From Callorhinchus milii (Eukaryota), in contig NW_024704743.1 of NCBI RefSeq assembly GCF_018977255.1, positions 81,408,001-81,472,000 of the forward strand: 64,000 nucleotides of DNA. Direction: 5' to 3'. The notes under the pieces are model-generated. The model ran no database searches. It was not told where the DNA came from and saw only the letters and a program-made list of their open reading frames with translations. A program made the position numbers and the translations under genes. Positions 15,601 to 27,600 of the stretch are shown here, piece by piece (positions within the stretch are counted from its first letter, which is position 1; each line of letters opens with the position of its first letter).

Positions 15601-18600
15601 GAGCAGTTCAGTACTTACTGCAATGGGGTCTTTGTGATGCAGTTGAGCGGCTGTCACTTGCTGAAATCCACCTGGGTAACTTGAAAATTAAAACAATGCT
15701 AAAGCATTTCCAAGATCTGTCAATACCAAAGGTCTTTAGTAAGTAACTATAGTAGCACAATTATTGCAGATACTGTTCAAGTATTTAACATACCTGCAAC
15801 TAATGTAAACAGTTTAGTAATTTCTGGACCGTGTCTATTTATTTTCTCAAACAATATTAATAACAATAATTTTATATATATTTTATACATCTTTGTCTGT
15901 TTAAATGTAATTCATTGTGCTCAAGTTGTATTATGAACAGGCAACTGCAATTCATCATAGATACTTTAAAAGTGCAGGCTGCCATAATGTCTGTGAGCTT
16001 CTACAGTTACATTTTTTTTCAAGGTGGAATACATATAAGAAGCCAGGTTGAGAAGTCTGGTCAATAAACACAATCCTCCAGAAGGATTATTGAACATGAT
16101 AACGGAAATATAGGCCAGCTGAGCACAATGAAATTTATTTGGCCCTGACCTAATATTGCAGCTCATTTATTCTTATTATGTTCTTACTTACCCACTGTGA
16201 GAGGAATACACCTTCTGTTCCCATTTATTTCCAGAGAATGCAATGTGTTGCGTATTTACCACCACAACATGATCTCCACAGTCACCTGCGAATAAGTTAC
16301 ATTTGGTTACTCAAGTGTTGATGGATGGTACATCTTTACACAAAAATACTTGACAGGTTTGGTAATGCAGTTTTATTTTGTGAATTGATGCATTTAAAAA
16401 ATAAACTACCTGTACAAGCAACTCTGAAGACAACTAGACAAAATCCAGTTTAATCACCCAATCCTCAATACAATCAATCAATTTTCAAATTCAAAAGAAA
16501 AGTGTAGTCACACCTAATCGGATTATAGAGGATTGTACTGTTGGAAGGATAGTGTTGGCAAGTCAATGGTTATAAATGTGTATATTTCTATGGATATGCT
16601 CATGGTAAAATCATAACTAACTCTCTGACACTACAGTTGTATTTCTGCAGTAACCTCACTGAGAGAAAAATAGCTGGTGTGATAGCATTTGTGCGGTAAG
16701 GGCTGTTCAGAAGTTGAATTTGAAACACACTATGGTTGCACACCAGAGTTTTACTCTGCATCAAGTTCATACTAGATCTGACCTGGAAGTGCTTGGTTCT
16801 CTTTTTCAGTATGGAAAGTAGAAAAATACTCCATTCTGTAAGAATTGGCACCCTCATTCTGATAAAACATTAAGAAATTATCATTTATGAAATATTATTT
16901 TATGAAATGTAACAATACTTAATTTTTAATTTTACTTCTGTAAAATCTATTGTAGATGAGAAACTCAGTCTGCAGCAAACGGTGCATAAACTCATGTCGA
17001 ACTAACATTACACATAACAGAGCACCAGCTTGTTGCAGCATGCCTCACACATTGAACCTTGATAGCTCGAAAAATCATCAGTAGTTTTTGTGGCGAAGGG
17101 AGTAATTATTGCCTAAAAAAAATTGTGAAGTGCCTTTTACAGTTACTACAACATAGGACATTGTAATAATCTTTGCATTTGATATGGTCCCTGATTGGGT
17201 CAAATCTTGTAAAGTGCTTTTTACAGGTAATTGCTGACAAGTGTAGTTTAGGAATAATTGTAGGCAATCCTGTCAGCCATTTGCGCACAGCAAGGTACCG
17301 CAAACAGCTATGAGGTGAATGACCAATTTTTCTGGATAATTTTTAGCCAGAACACCAGGAGAAAGAAACTCTTCTTTTTTTCAATATAGTATCATAGGAT
17401 CGTAACGGCCACCTGATCGGACAGAAGACACCTCATTTAACATCTCATCCAAAGGCCAGCACCTCTCAGCAAAACAGTGCTGTGCCTAAGTGTAGGAGCT
17501 CATGTTATGGCATGGAGCTTAAAATCTTCTGACCCAGAGGCAAGAGTTTCTGTTAACTCAGTCAAGCTGACATAATAGTTCTTTGGGATAACTAATAATG
17601 TTTTCCACTTAAATTGCTTCTTTTTTAGAGTGCAATCTGCTAGAAAGCTTTCAAGAATTTCTGGAACCAGTAGACGAAGGTTTTTGTTCCAACTTGTCAG
17701 ACTTTACAGGTGGGGTTGGTAGTGGTGAGAGGAATTCCTCCAGCAAGAATGTCGGCACGCCCAAATACTTCACAAGCCGGATTGTTTCCATGGCAAAGAT
17801 CAACATCTCTTCCCCTACCCACTTTCTTTAAAAGCTCCAGTGACATTTGAAATTAGATTAGGATGTGGTTTACTCAGCTTTTCATATTTATGCAGATTTG
17901 ATTCTAACCTAAAATGAGATGCACACCTATATGCAATACGATTTTAAAATAATCAAATCTCTTCCAATTATCAGGTGCTCAATTTTCAATGTTGATGAAG
18001 TAAGGATTAACTTGAATTGTCATAAACACATTTGTATTTACACAACAAACACAGGTTCCTATGTTTCGTAACTAGTAACTCAATTATGCATTGGCAGGCA
18101 GACTTTCAGCCATTCTGCCCTTGTTTCTGTAATATCCATTCCGAAGTCCCTCTGACTTGCTCCCTCTTCAAGGCATCTCTCTCTCTTTTTGGTCATCTTT
18201 CCTCTTCCAGAAGCCCCTTCAACTCCCATCCCCCGCTCAAGTACTCATCCAGCAGTGTGTACGTGCTTTGGGACAGCCTCCTGATGTGAAAGTCACAATA
18301 TAAATGTAAACTATATTGTACTATAGCAGCGTTTCTCAAATGCGGCCGCTTGCGTGATTCTGTGAAACCACAGCAGCACCCCTCAAACACCCTCCTTCCC
18401 CCTCCCCCCACCCCCACCACACACACACTTAAATCGGTGAGAGTGCATTGGAGAAGAGGCAGCACATACAAGACCTTGAAGGTATTTGAATCATAGAAAT
18501 TTATTGTATAGAATTTTTTTACAATTTATAGAACTATTATTTAGTTATTGTATTAGCACCAAGTATGGACAGGATCCAACCAAGCAATATGTGCTATCCT

Positions 18601-21600
18601 GCCAAGAAAGAAAGTTGATGATACACTCCCAAGTCTCACGATTTGATAAATTTGATATCAATTCTTGCACTCCTTTTGGGACACTGAGAATCCAGACTTA
18701 GTATTTACTTGCATGGATTATTTATAGAAATAACATGGAGCCAGAGTAGGGATAAATAATAATAATAATCCTTGCATTTAATAATAATAAAACACCTTAT
18801 CATGTCTTCAAGACGTCTCAAAGCGCTTCACAGAATATACTGTAAAGTGAACTGGCTGACTTTGTGAGTGAAATACGGCGACCAATTGCATACAGCAGTT
18901 GATTTTGTGTGGAGAATAAAAAAGATTTACAGAAAAGAATGCAGAAAAAATCCAAGATATCTCAAAAACTGAGCCAGAGGTATTCAAATTGATGCCTAAC
19001 CCAATAAAATGAAATATCTTTTTGGACGAAAGGGCTTCAGATGAAAGGATTCCAGATCTGTAATCACTTTTAAATGAAAATGGCCAAGAATAACCAGACA
19101 ATTGTCCAAAGAAGCCCAAACGACTTCTGTCAATCAAATTTAATCCGATTAATTTCTATAGCAGCTGCACTTCATATTCTTGTTTTATTGAGTACAAAAG
19201 AAAAGGCAGTTAATGTGTAATAGTTTTTGTTCAGTTGATTTTACATCAATGTAGACTAGAATGGAGTTTATTACTAAATTGTTGTAACAAGCAAGACCTT
19301 GACACATCAGTTAGAGGTTAGCAAACTAATAATTGAATACATGAGAGGTTATTGGAGTGTCATTGTACACTGGAAGCTCCTTAACATGCTCACATGAACC
19401 TTAAAATCTCAGGATTCCAACAATTAAAAGCATCAAACATTAAATTTTAATGTCTATAAAAATGATCATCTTTTGTGTACTTACAGAGTCTAATTTAACA
19501 CGTTTTATTTCTAGCTTAAAGGACCTGAAGCTTAAAGGATCTGTATGCTAACAGAGCCAGACATAGATCAGTAAATTATCTGTTGTTTATATGTGACTAA
19601 TGGGCTATACAACAACAGCTGCAATTCACATCACGGATTTACTATGTAAAAGTCAGACACTGGGATATGTTCCATTGATGTTGGCCAGAACTGTGACTTA
19701 TTGGCATTAAGAAAACCATAGTGCTTGAGTGGTAAGTTTTAGGATGCTCCACTTGTCTGAGGCAGACAGGAACCTGGTTAGAGCCAAGCAGGATTTGTGT
19801 GTCTCTAAAGTGGCTGCAGAGTCAAATCATATTCACTGTTCTTTTCCCATATTATTGGGCCACCTGCACTTTTACAATTAAATGCTGGGATGCAGAGTAT
19901 CACTGAGGTTTGAATAGATAAGATATCAGTGAGATTCCTGTAGCTCAGTGGTTAGAGCACTCGCTTTGCAAGCGAGAGACCTGAGTTCAATTCCAGGCAG
20001 AGGGCGAAACCATGGCATTCTTATGCACGTGGACAGCTTCCAGCTTGCCTTGGATAAGGAACTCGGCTTGAACTCTATTCCATGAGCGCTTCACTCCATT
20101 GTCTCAGCTCCAGTGGCTCTCCATCCACCAGGGAACTGAATTCAAGATCCTCGTCCTAATGTTCAAATCCCCATAGCCTCACCCGCCTTAACTCTGTGAT
20201 CTCCTGCAACTCTTCCAACCTGGCTGCTCTCTCTATTCGGTGAACACCCACCTGCTTCATGCCCCTGCCTGACTGCTCCACCACGGGCAAACTTTCAGCC
20301 ATTCTTGTCTAGCTTTCTGAAGCTCCATCCCAGAGTCTCTCTGCCTTGCCCCTTCTCCCACCACGTTTAAAGCTCACTTTAAGATCTTTCTTTCTGACTG
20401 GAAATTGGTCACCTTCTCCCTCTTCCCCTTCCTCTTCTCACCACCTTCCTCAGCTCCCCCCATCCCCAGCTTGGGCTTCCGGTCAGCTCTGTGAAGCTCT
20501 GAGATGCTATCCTACATGAAGAGAGCTATATAAATGCAAGCTGTTGTTGTCCACCACACTCAATGAAAATTTCAGACAGACATTATAGGCTCTCTGGCTC
20601 CTTTGACTGTCCAATGCAGTAACTAGTCTATACTACTCTTAGGAACAGTTGTGTGTATAGTCTTATGAAGAATTCAATTACATTTCTCTAAAAATAAAAT
20701 CTACGTGAAGAAATTTTGACTTAAAGCTGGAACCATTTATGCAGCCCTTTTGCCGGTTAGTTTGGCTTGCTTATTCAATTGTTAATGCATAAGAAGACAA
20801 AATTTTAAATTTTTAAAAAAAAATTTGAGGAAGACAGTAATCTTTTCCTTTCCTTCTCTTTCTACCCATCCAAGCCGTGGATATGTGAAACAGACATCCA
20901 TCAAAGCAGTTCATGGCACGTTGTTTTACTCCCTTAAAAAAAAGGATAATTAGCTGTTTAAAACAGCATTGTATAAGATGAACAAGCACTCCCCTGGCTA
21001 CAACTGCAGTGAGGGGAGGGGCTGAAGAAATTTGTCTGTGGAAAGAAGGAAGCTTGATATGAAGTGAAGATATCTTCCTCACTCCCCATTTTCAAAGCCT
21101 GCCTCAATACATACCTCTTTAACTGCACTTTTGGTCACATTTGCAAACCCTCCCACCCACCTTCTTCAACTCCCAACTCCCGCATCGGGTTTATCCAGCC
21201 AGCTTTTTAAACCACTTTGAGACATCCTCCCAGTATGAAAGGCACTATATAAATGATATTGTATTGAAATTGTAGGAATGGAAAAAATACTTTTTTTGAA
21301 TAAAATAGATACTTTATTCAATTATGTTTGGAGTTCAGGCAGTAGCTACAGAATATTTCCCCTCAGGAGATGGGTGGGTGGGTAAGCAAACGATAGTATA
21401 CCGAGAAAGGCGTAACAGTGAAAGGTGCAGGCTTGAGTAGGTGAATGGCCTTTGTTCCTATCTAATTTATGTAAACTTTGATTATTAAACCTTGGATGAA
21501 ATACAACAGAAGAGGTGGTTGAATTGACAAAAAAAAACTTTTAAGCATGTGGATATTATGTTAATCCCCAGTTTATACTACACAAAACAATTTCCTATTT

Positions 21601-24600
21601 CTTCCAGCAGTAAAGCAATTGGGATCCAAAAGCATGATTCATATGTCTCATAGTAAAATCACTGCACACCACAGAGCCTGCTTCACATGTAACTGATACT
21701 ACTTTTAACCTGTGGCTCCAAAGTCGAAATGCAGTCCCAAACTGGAAGCAATGTCACATTTTGTGTTTCCATAATTTCTACACAGCCTCGAGACTTCCAG
21801 ACACCACCTGCAGCAAGTGATTTTCTGCCACAGGAATTCGTGCCAATTTTTCTCCTTCCAACTCCTCCTTTCCTGTTGCCACTTCATTCCTTGCTCCCCT
21901 TATAGGTACAGTTTCAAGTGCCCTGGACTTATTACAAAAGTTTTTTTATTCCCAGGATGTCAGTGGGGAGGAGGGGGGGCCACGGGGGAAACGGATGGAC
22001 GACTACATTAATCATTCCTGCTAGTTATACCGAGTAGATGCCTCTCTAGCTCATTGCTTACCACATGACAGCCTCAGCATTGTATTTCATGCAAGGAGAC
22101 ATAAAGGGAAAAACGCAAACATCCAAACTTGCTTGGAAGAACACAATTTTTTGTGTTAAGTGTTACCCACAAATGTTATGCAGAAATAAGTTATAGCAAC
22201 CATCATGTGGAGTGACATGATTGAAAATCTTTAAATATGTAGCAGCTTTAAACCTTTCAATTTCAGTATCCATGACCTTGTGTTTTTCAGTCTCAATTAG
22301 CTTCAACTATGTGTGAAAAATAAATGATGAGATATTAGAGCTAATCAGATCCTAACCCCGCAAAGTGTTCTGTTGACAAACAAGGTAAACATCAGCCTCT
22401 TGTTTATTTATAAATAAAAAGTGTAAACAAAAAAAATTGCTCATGGGGATGGGGTGGCGGGAGAGAGGGCTAATATAAAGCACCTCGCTTTTTTGTGGAT
22501 CCATTATACAGTGCTTAATTTTATGGAACTGCAACATGATGTTATATAGGGGTTACTCGTTATAAGCACTGCTCAATTATTCCTTTTACTACTTAATAAA
22601 GAAATAATAACTGCTGCACCAAATGGCTGCTGTGTTTGCCTACAAATGCACAGTTGTAAGACTTGACCGTAATTACCTCTGGAACACAAGCTGTTATCAA
22701 AGTTCTAGTCACCATAGAATTATGTAAGACTTATGCCAAAGTCAAGAGGAAACAAATTGTGAAGGTAACTTTTAGGACAGACACCAAGAAGTATTTTTTT
22801 TACACAGATGTACAAGTTAAAATGAGTTAGCAGGAATGGTGGTGGAAACTAGGACTCATTTCAGAAACGTCTGTAATGGCAAATTGTTCAAGTTAGTATT
22901 CAGAATGCATAGGATCAAATCGACTAAAGAGCTTTTTCATCAAAACCTATCTCGTGATCTTGCATGATTTATCAACGTGTGGGAATTATCAATTTGTGGT
23001 CGAGTCACAGCACTTAGCATTGTACTGTAGTACACATGGCTTATTGCAAGTCTGAGATATAAAGATCCCAATTTGCATTAGTGCCTAGATGCTTTAGGTT
23101 GTTAGATTTATCAAAAAGCACATCTAAATTGGCATTAACATGCTTTAAGTGGCTTTATGTTGACTGCCAGAGATCGCTTGCGTATTTCTGCTTCATTATT
23201 CTCAATTCTGCATCGCCAAAAACATGCAGAAAATACTGAATTGATCATGGAAGTGATGATTGGAAAGAAAAAAAAAGGAAACTATTTTGGATGTTGTAAA
23301 ATTGTATACTTCTATTATATTTTCAGCGTTCTGGAACTCCCTGTATTTGAAGCTTCTACCACTAATTCTGTTAAATTAGCACACGCATCTACTTTGCATC
23401 AACAATGACAAGGAAGTTCAACTACGTATTAGTTTTTCATGAAGTATAACCTAGATATTACCAGCTTCATCATTGTATTCACAAAATCCCTAAATGAAAT
23501 AGGTGAAACTTTTTCACCTCGAGTATCAGGGGTGAGTAGGGTGGTGGGGGCAGAATCCATTGTAGCTTTCAAGAGGGAAGTAGAAAGAGAGGAGCTTGAA
23601 CAGGTATGGGGATAAGCCAAAGCAATGGGATTGAAGTGATCTCTTTGCTCTGTGAGCTGGTACAAACTTGATGGCTGAATGGCCTCTTTCTGTGCTGTAG
23701 ATTTCTATGTTTCTATGTTGCTAACCAAATATATTAAAATTAACAACCTTCCTGAGACCAGGAATCAAGCCTTGGTGTTTGATTCCTGGTCTCTGCCAGA
23801 ATGGCAAGAGAGGAAAGAGTAAGGTACAAACAGTCTTACAAACATCAACTCGAGTTAATTAACCCAGACTCAAACATTAGGAATGACCTCCAGTGTGTTG
23901 TAGCTGAGGGCTGGTGTTGAAAGTAAAAAGCTTCAGCCGAGGTTAGGGAAAAAACTGGAGAGGATTAAAAAGAAATTATCCGTGGTCTCTCTCATACATA
24001 AGTAGTTTAGGCTCCACATACAATCAAATAGGTTGTCAGAACTAATATATGTCTAGTACACATGAACAAGCAATTTAGGGATGTATTTAAATCTTTCCTG
24101 AGAAAAAAATTCCCTTCACCATGAGAATAAACCTTTAATAACGAGTTCTTCTTAAGTTCATTCTCTTCAAATGCCACAAAGATATTTGAACATATATTTG
24201 ACAGAAGTATTCCAGTGTACGTTTAGAGGGATATTCGTGACTGCAGGCATTGTGTTTGCTGCCTCTTTGTACTTACTGCATACTTGTCTAAACTTCACCT
24301 TACATTTTAGTTACTTGATTTTTCTATTTGGACAAGAAGGCACCTGAAACAATAATAATAATCCTTGCATTTAATGCATTTCACATCGTTGAGACATCTC
24401 AAAGCCCATCACAGGATATACTGTAAAGTGGATTGACTGTGTATTTTGTGAGTGAAATGCAGCAGCTAGTTACACGCAGAATGTCCTAGAAACAGTGTGC
24501 AACCAATTTTATGGGAACTGTTGCCTAGGATACCGGGAGAAACTCCCTTCTCTTTTTGAATAATACTATGGGATCTTTAATGCCCACATAAACTGGCAGA

Positions 24601-27600
24601 CGGGACCTCGGTTTAACCCACAACATTCTGACTCAGAGGCAAGAGTGCTACCGCTGAGCCAGGCTGACACACACAATTTAACATGTTGTGAATTTCCAGC
24701 AGATTTGAATAGATTGTAGATCATAATATGTATATATATATGATAAAAAGACCAATAAGTGTTTTTTTCTACTTTTGAATCCTTTTTTTAATTAGTTTTC
24801 AGATTTTCCGCTCTGCATACACACAGTCAGAGATGATCAATAGGTAGCATTTTAACTTAGTGTCACATGTAAGAGCATTTGAACAATGTTCTGTGCTTCT
24901 TTATGATTTATGGAAGTTTATGATTCTTGCTGAAACTATTTTACAACTTGTACAGATGCCTCAAACTCTCTCCTTAAGTGGTCAACGTGATGCAAAGGCA
25001 GCTATTTTATTCCTGCCACTCTGTCGTTGTTCCCCATTGCTGCACATTTCTATCCATTTAACTTTACTTGCTCTTGCTTTCCTATTCCTCTCCATTCAGA
25101 GTTAGTTACTTTAAAGCTGTAAATATCTGGATGTGTAATTACAAGTGAGACTTTAAATCATAATGGTTGCCAACAGACCACCTCAATGAGGCACGAGAGG
25201 TCAAAGCAAATCTTCAAAATGGCAAGAAAAATCAGCAAGTACTATTATTTTTGAAACATAGGCACTGCCTTTTAGGAAATTAATATGTCTAAGACATAGC
25301 AATGGGGTATTGGTGTAGATTCGACACTTGACCGATGCTACGGTCTGTTAAACGTTATATAAAACGTTCTCTCTGACTAACTGAGGGATTTAATAATGCA
25401 ATCTTTAAAATGCAGTTATCCTGCCATCTGGTGGCCACATTTAATTATTACACTTCTCTTTTAAAAACGACTGCAAGTGTACAAACATACACCTCCAATT
25501 GTACATCTTTACTCTTTATCATAACCTCAGTTATTCAAATTCCTTAATTATTTTCATTTCTCAATAATAGCAATCCCATTTTTAAACATATAGTAGGAAG
25601 AGATATTTGGGTTGCTTCATTCAGCTGGTAGCATTCTCATCTCTCAGTCAGAAGTTTGTGGGTTCAAGCCACATGCCGGGACTTGAGTTTATAGTCTATA
25701 GTATATACTATAGTATATAGTATCCTGGCCAACAATCTTCAAGATGAATCAGTCATTCACCTCATGTTGGACTTTTCTGTGTGCAAAATGTCTCTATAAT
25801 AATAATCCTTGCATTTGATATAGCGCTTTTCACGTCGGGAGGACGTCCCAAAGCGCTTCACAGAATATACTGTAAAGTGAATTGACTGTATATTTGTGGG
25901 CGAACGCGGCAGCCAATTGCGCACAGCAATGTCCCACAAACAGTCGTGGATTGAAAATGACCAATTTATTATTGTTTTTGGTTTTGGAGGGATTATTATT
26001 AGGCTCTGTGTGGAGTAAGGAAACTTGCCCAAGGTTTCGCCCTGTCTGGAATTGAACTCAGGTCTCTCACTTGCAAAGCGAGTGCTCTTATCACTGAGCT
26101 ACAGGACTCCACGAATGTTTGTCTGTGTTTGATAATAATTACTGTCAAGCATTTTGAGACTTTTCATACATAAGTGCTACAAATATGCAAGTTCTTTTTT
26201 TTAATCATTGTTAAGCAGAGCCAAACTAACTGAGCATTTGAACCAATGTTTTAGAACTCTTTTATCAACCATATTAAAAATCCACGCAGAAAGCATATGA
26301 ATGGGAAAAACAAAATGTTCTTTATCCACTCGCACCATTCTAGTACTAATGGGATTATGGGTATCCCATCTATGGAATACAGTTTGCCAGATTGTATAAT
26401 GTGGATTGTAACACTAGATTCATATTCTTTTAGTCCTACTGGGACTATGGGAATCCCAATAGCAAACTACAATTTGTCAATAGCAAAATACAGATTTAAA
26501 TGGTTGATTAATATTCTGGATCCTTTTTCCTTCGTTACTTAAGAGTGACAGGAAGCAAGTTTGCAGTTTCAAGTTTAAAAAAAACTCTTGTGATTCACTT
26601 AGATTACATGCACCAGGCTGAATTATAAGATGGAGATTGAATTCTTGGCCCACACAACAACAACTTGCATTTATAATCACGCTTCATGTAGAGCAACGTC
26701 TCGGAGTGCCTTACAGATAACAGTGCCAAACACCATTTAGGGCAGGGGTGTGTGGGGAACAGGGAAGGTGACTGAAGGCATAGTTGAAGAGATTACTGTT
26801 AAGAATTCAATTTGTTGGTCATTAAAATTAAAGGACACATCACAATTTGTGATAATTAGTGCAATAGTTAGAAGAATCTGTACTCAAAAGCCATTTGTGC
26901 AACTACCGACACTTTTGATATTTGGAAAAGGAGTAACAATCTTGGATACTTACTCAGTGCATGATAGATTGGTTTATGTTTCCCCTGAAGTCTGACTGAG
27001 CACATAGAAGCAATCTTTCCAGGTGGCTGCATTTTGGCATCAATCAAATACCAAATTCTTGAAAAGGAGGCCCATTGCTGGAACCAAAAGAGAGAAAAAT
27101 CTATGTGTTTTTAAGTAGAAAATGCATAGAACATATCTTGAAATTATATAGCAATATGTCACCAAAAATACATAGATTTTTGTGGGGTCAGCCAAGTGTC
27201 TTACACATACGGAAACCCATCACCATGCTAAATATATCCATATCAAACAGGGCATCCCACCTATACATGGAAATTCCAGAGATATTTATTGGAATGGAAT
27301 GTGCACCCTCTCCCTGGAAGGGCACATCCTTCTTACCTAATCCCAGAGTAATAGGTGCAGATTGGCATGAGCCAAGGCTTTTGGCCCCAGAGTGTGCAAT
27401 GGGGTACTGCTGGAGTCGAACCAGCTAAAACGATACAGCTTGCGATTGATATCACTGTCTGGCAAGGTTTCTCACTGCTTGGCCAACTAGGCCCACCCTA
27501 CCCTTAGGGCTTTGGCTTGCAGGTTAACAGGAGCTGAGAGGGAAGAAACCCTGCCCCCAGTGACTGGTCTGCCCTTCAATACCCTGACAATAAACCAGGC

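Noticed and set aside
25696..25713. Perfect 18-bp palindrome CTATAGTATATACTATAG
   Set aside because: Low-complexity AT-rich sequence inside a decayed SINE, probably a slippage product.
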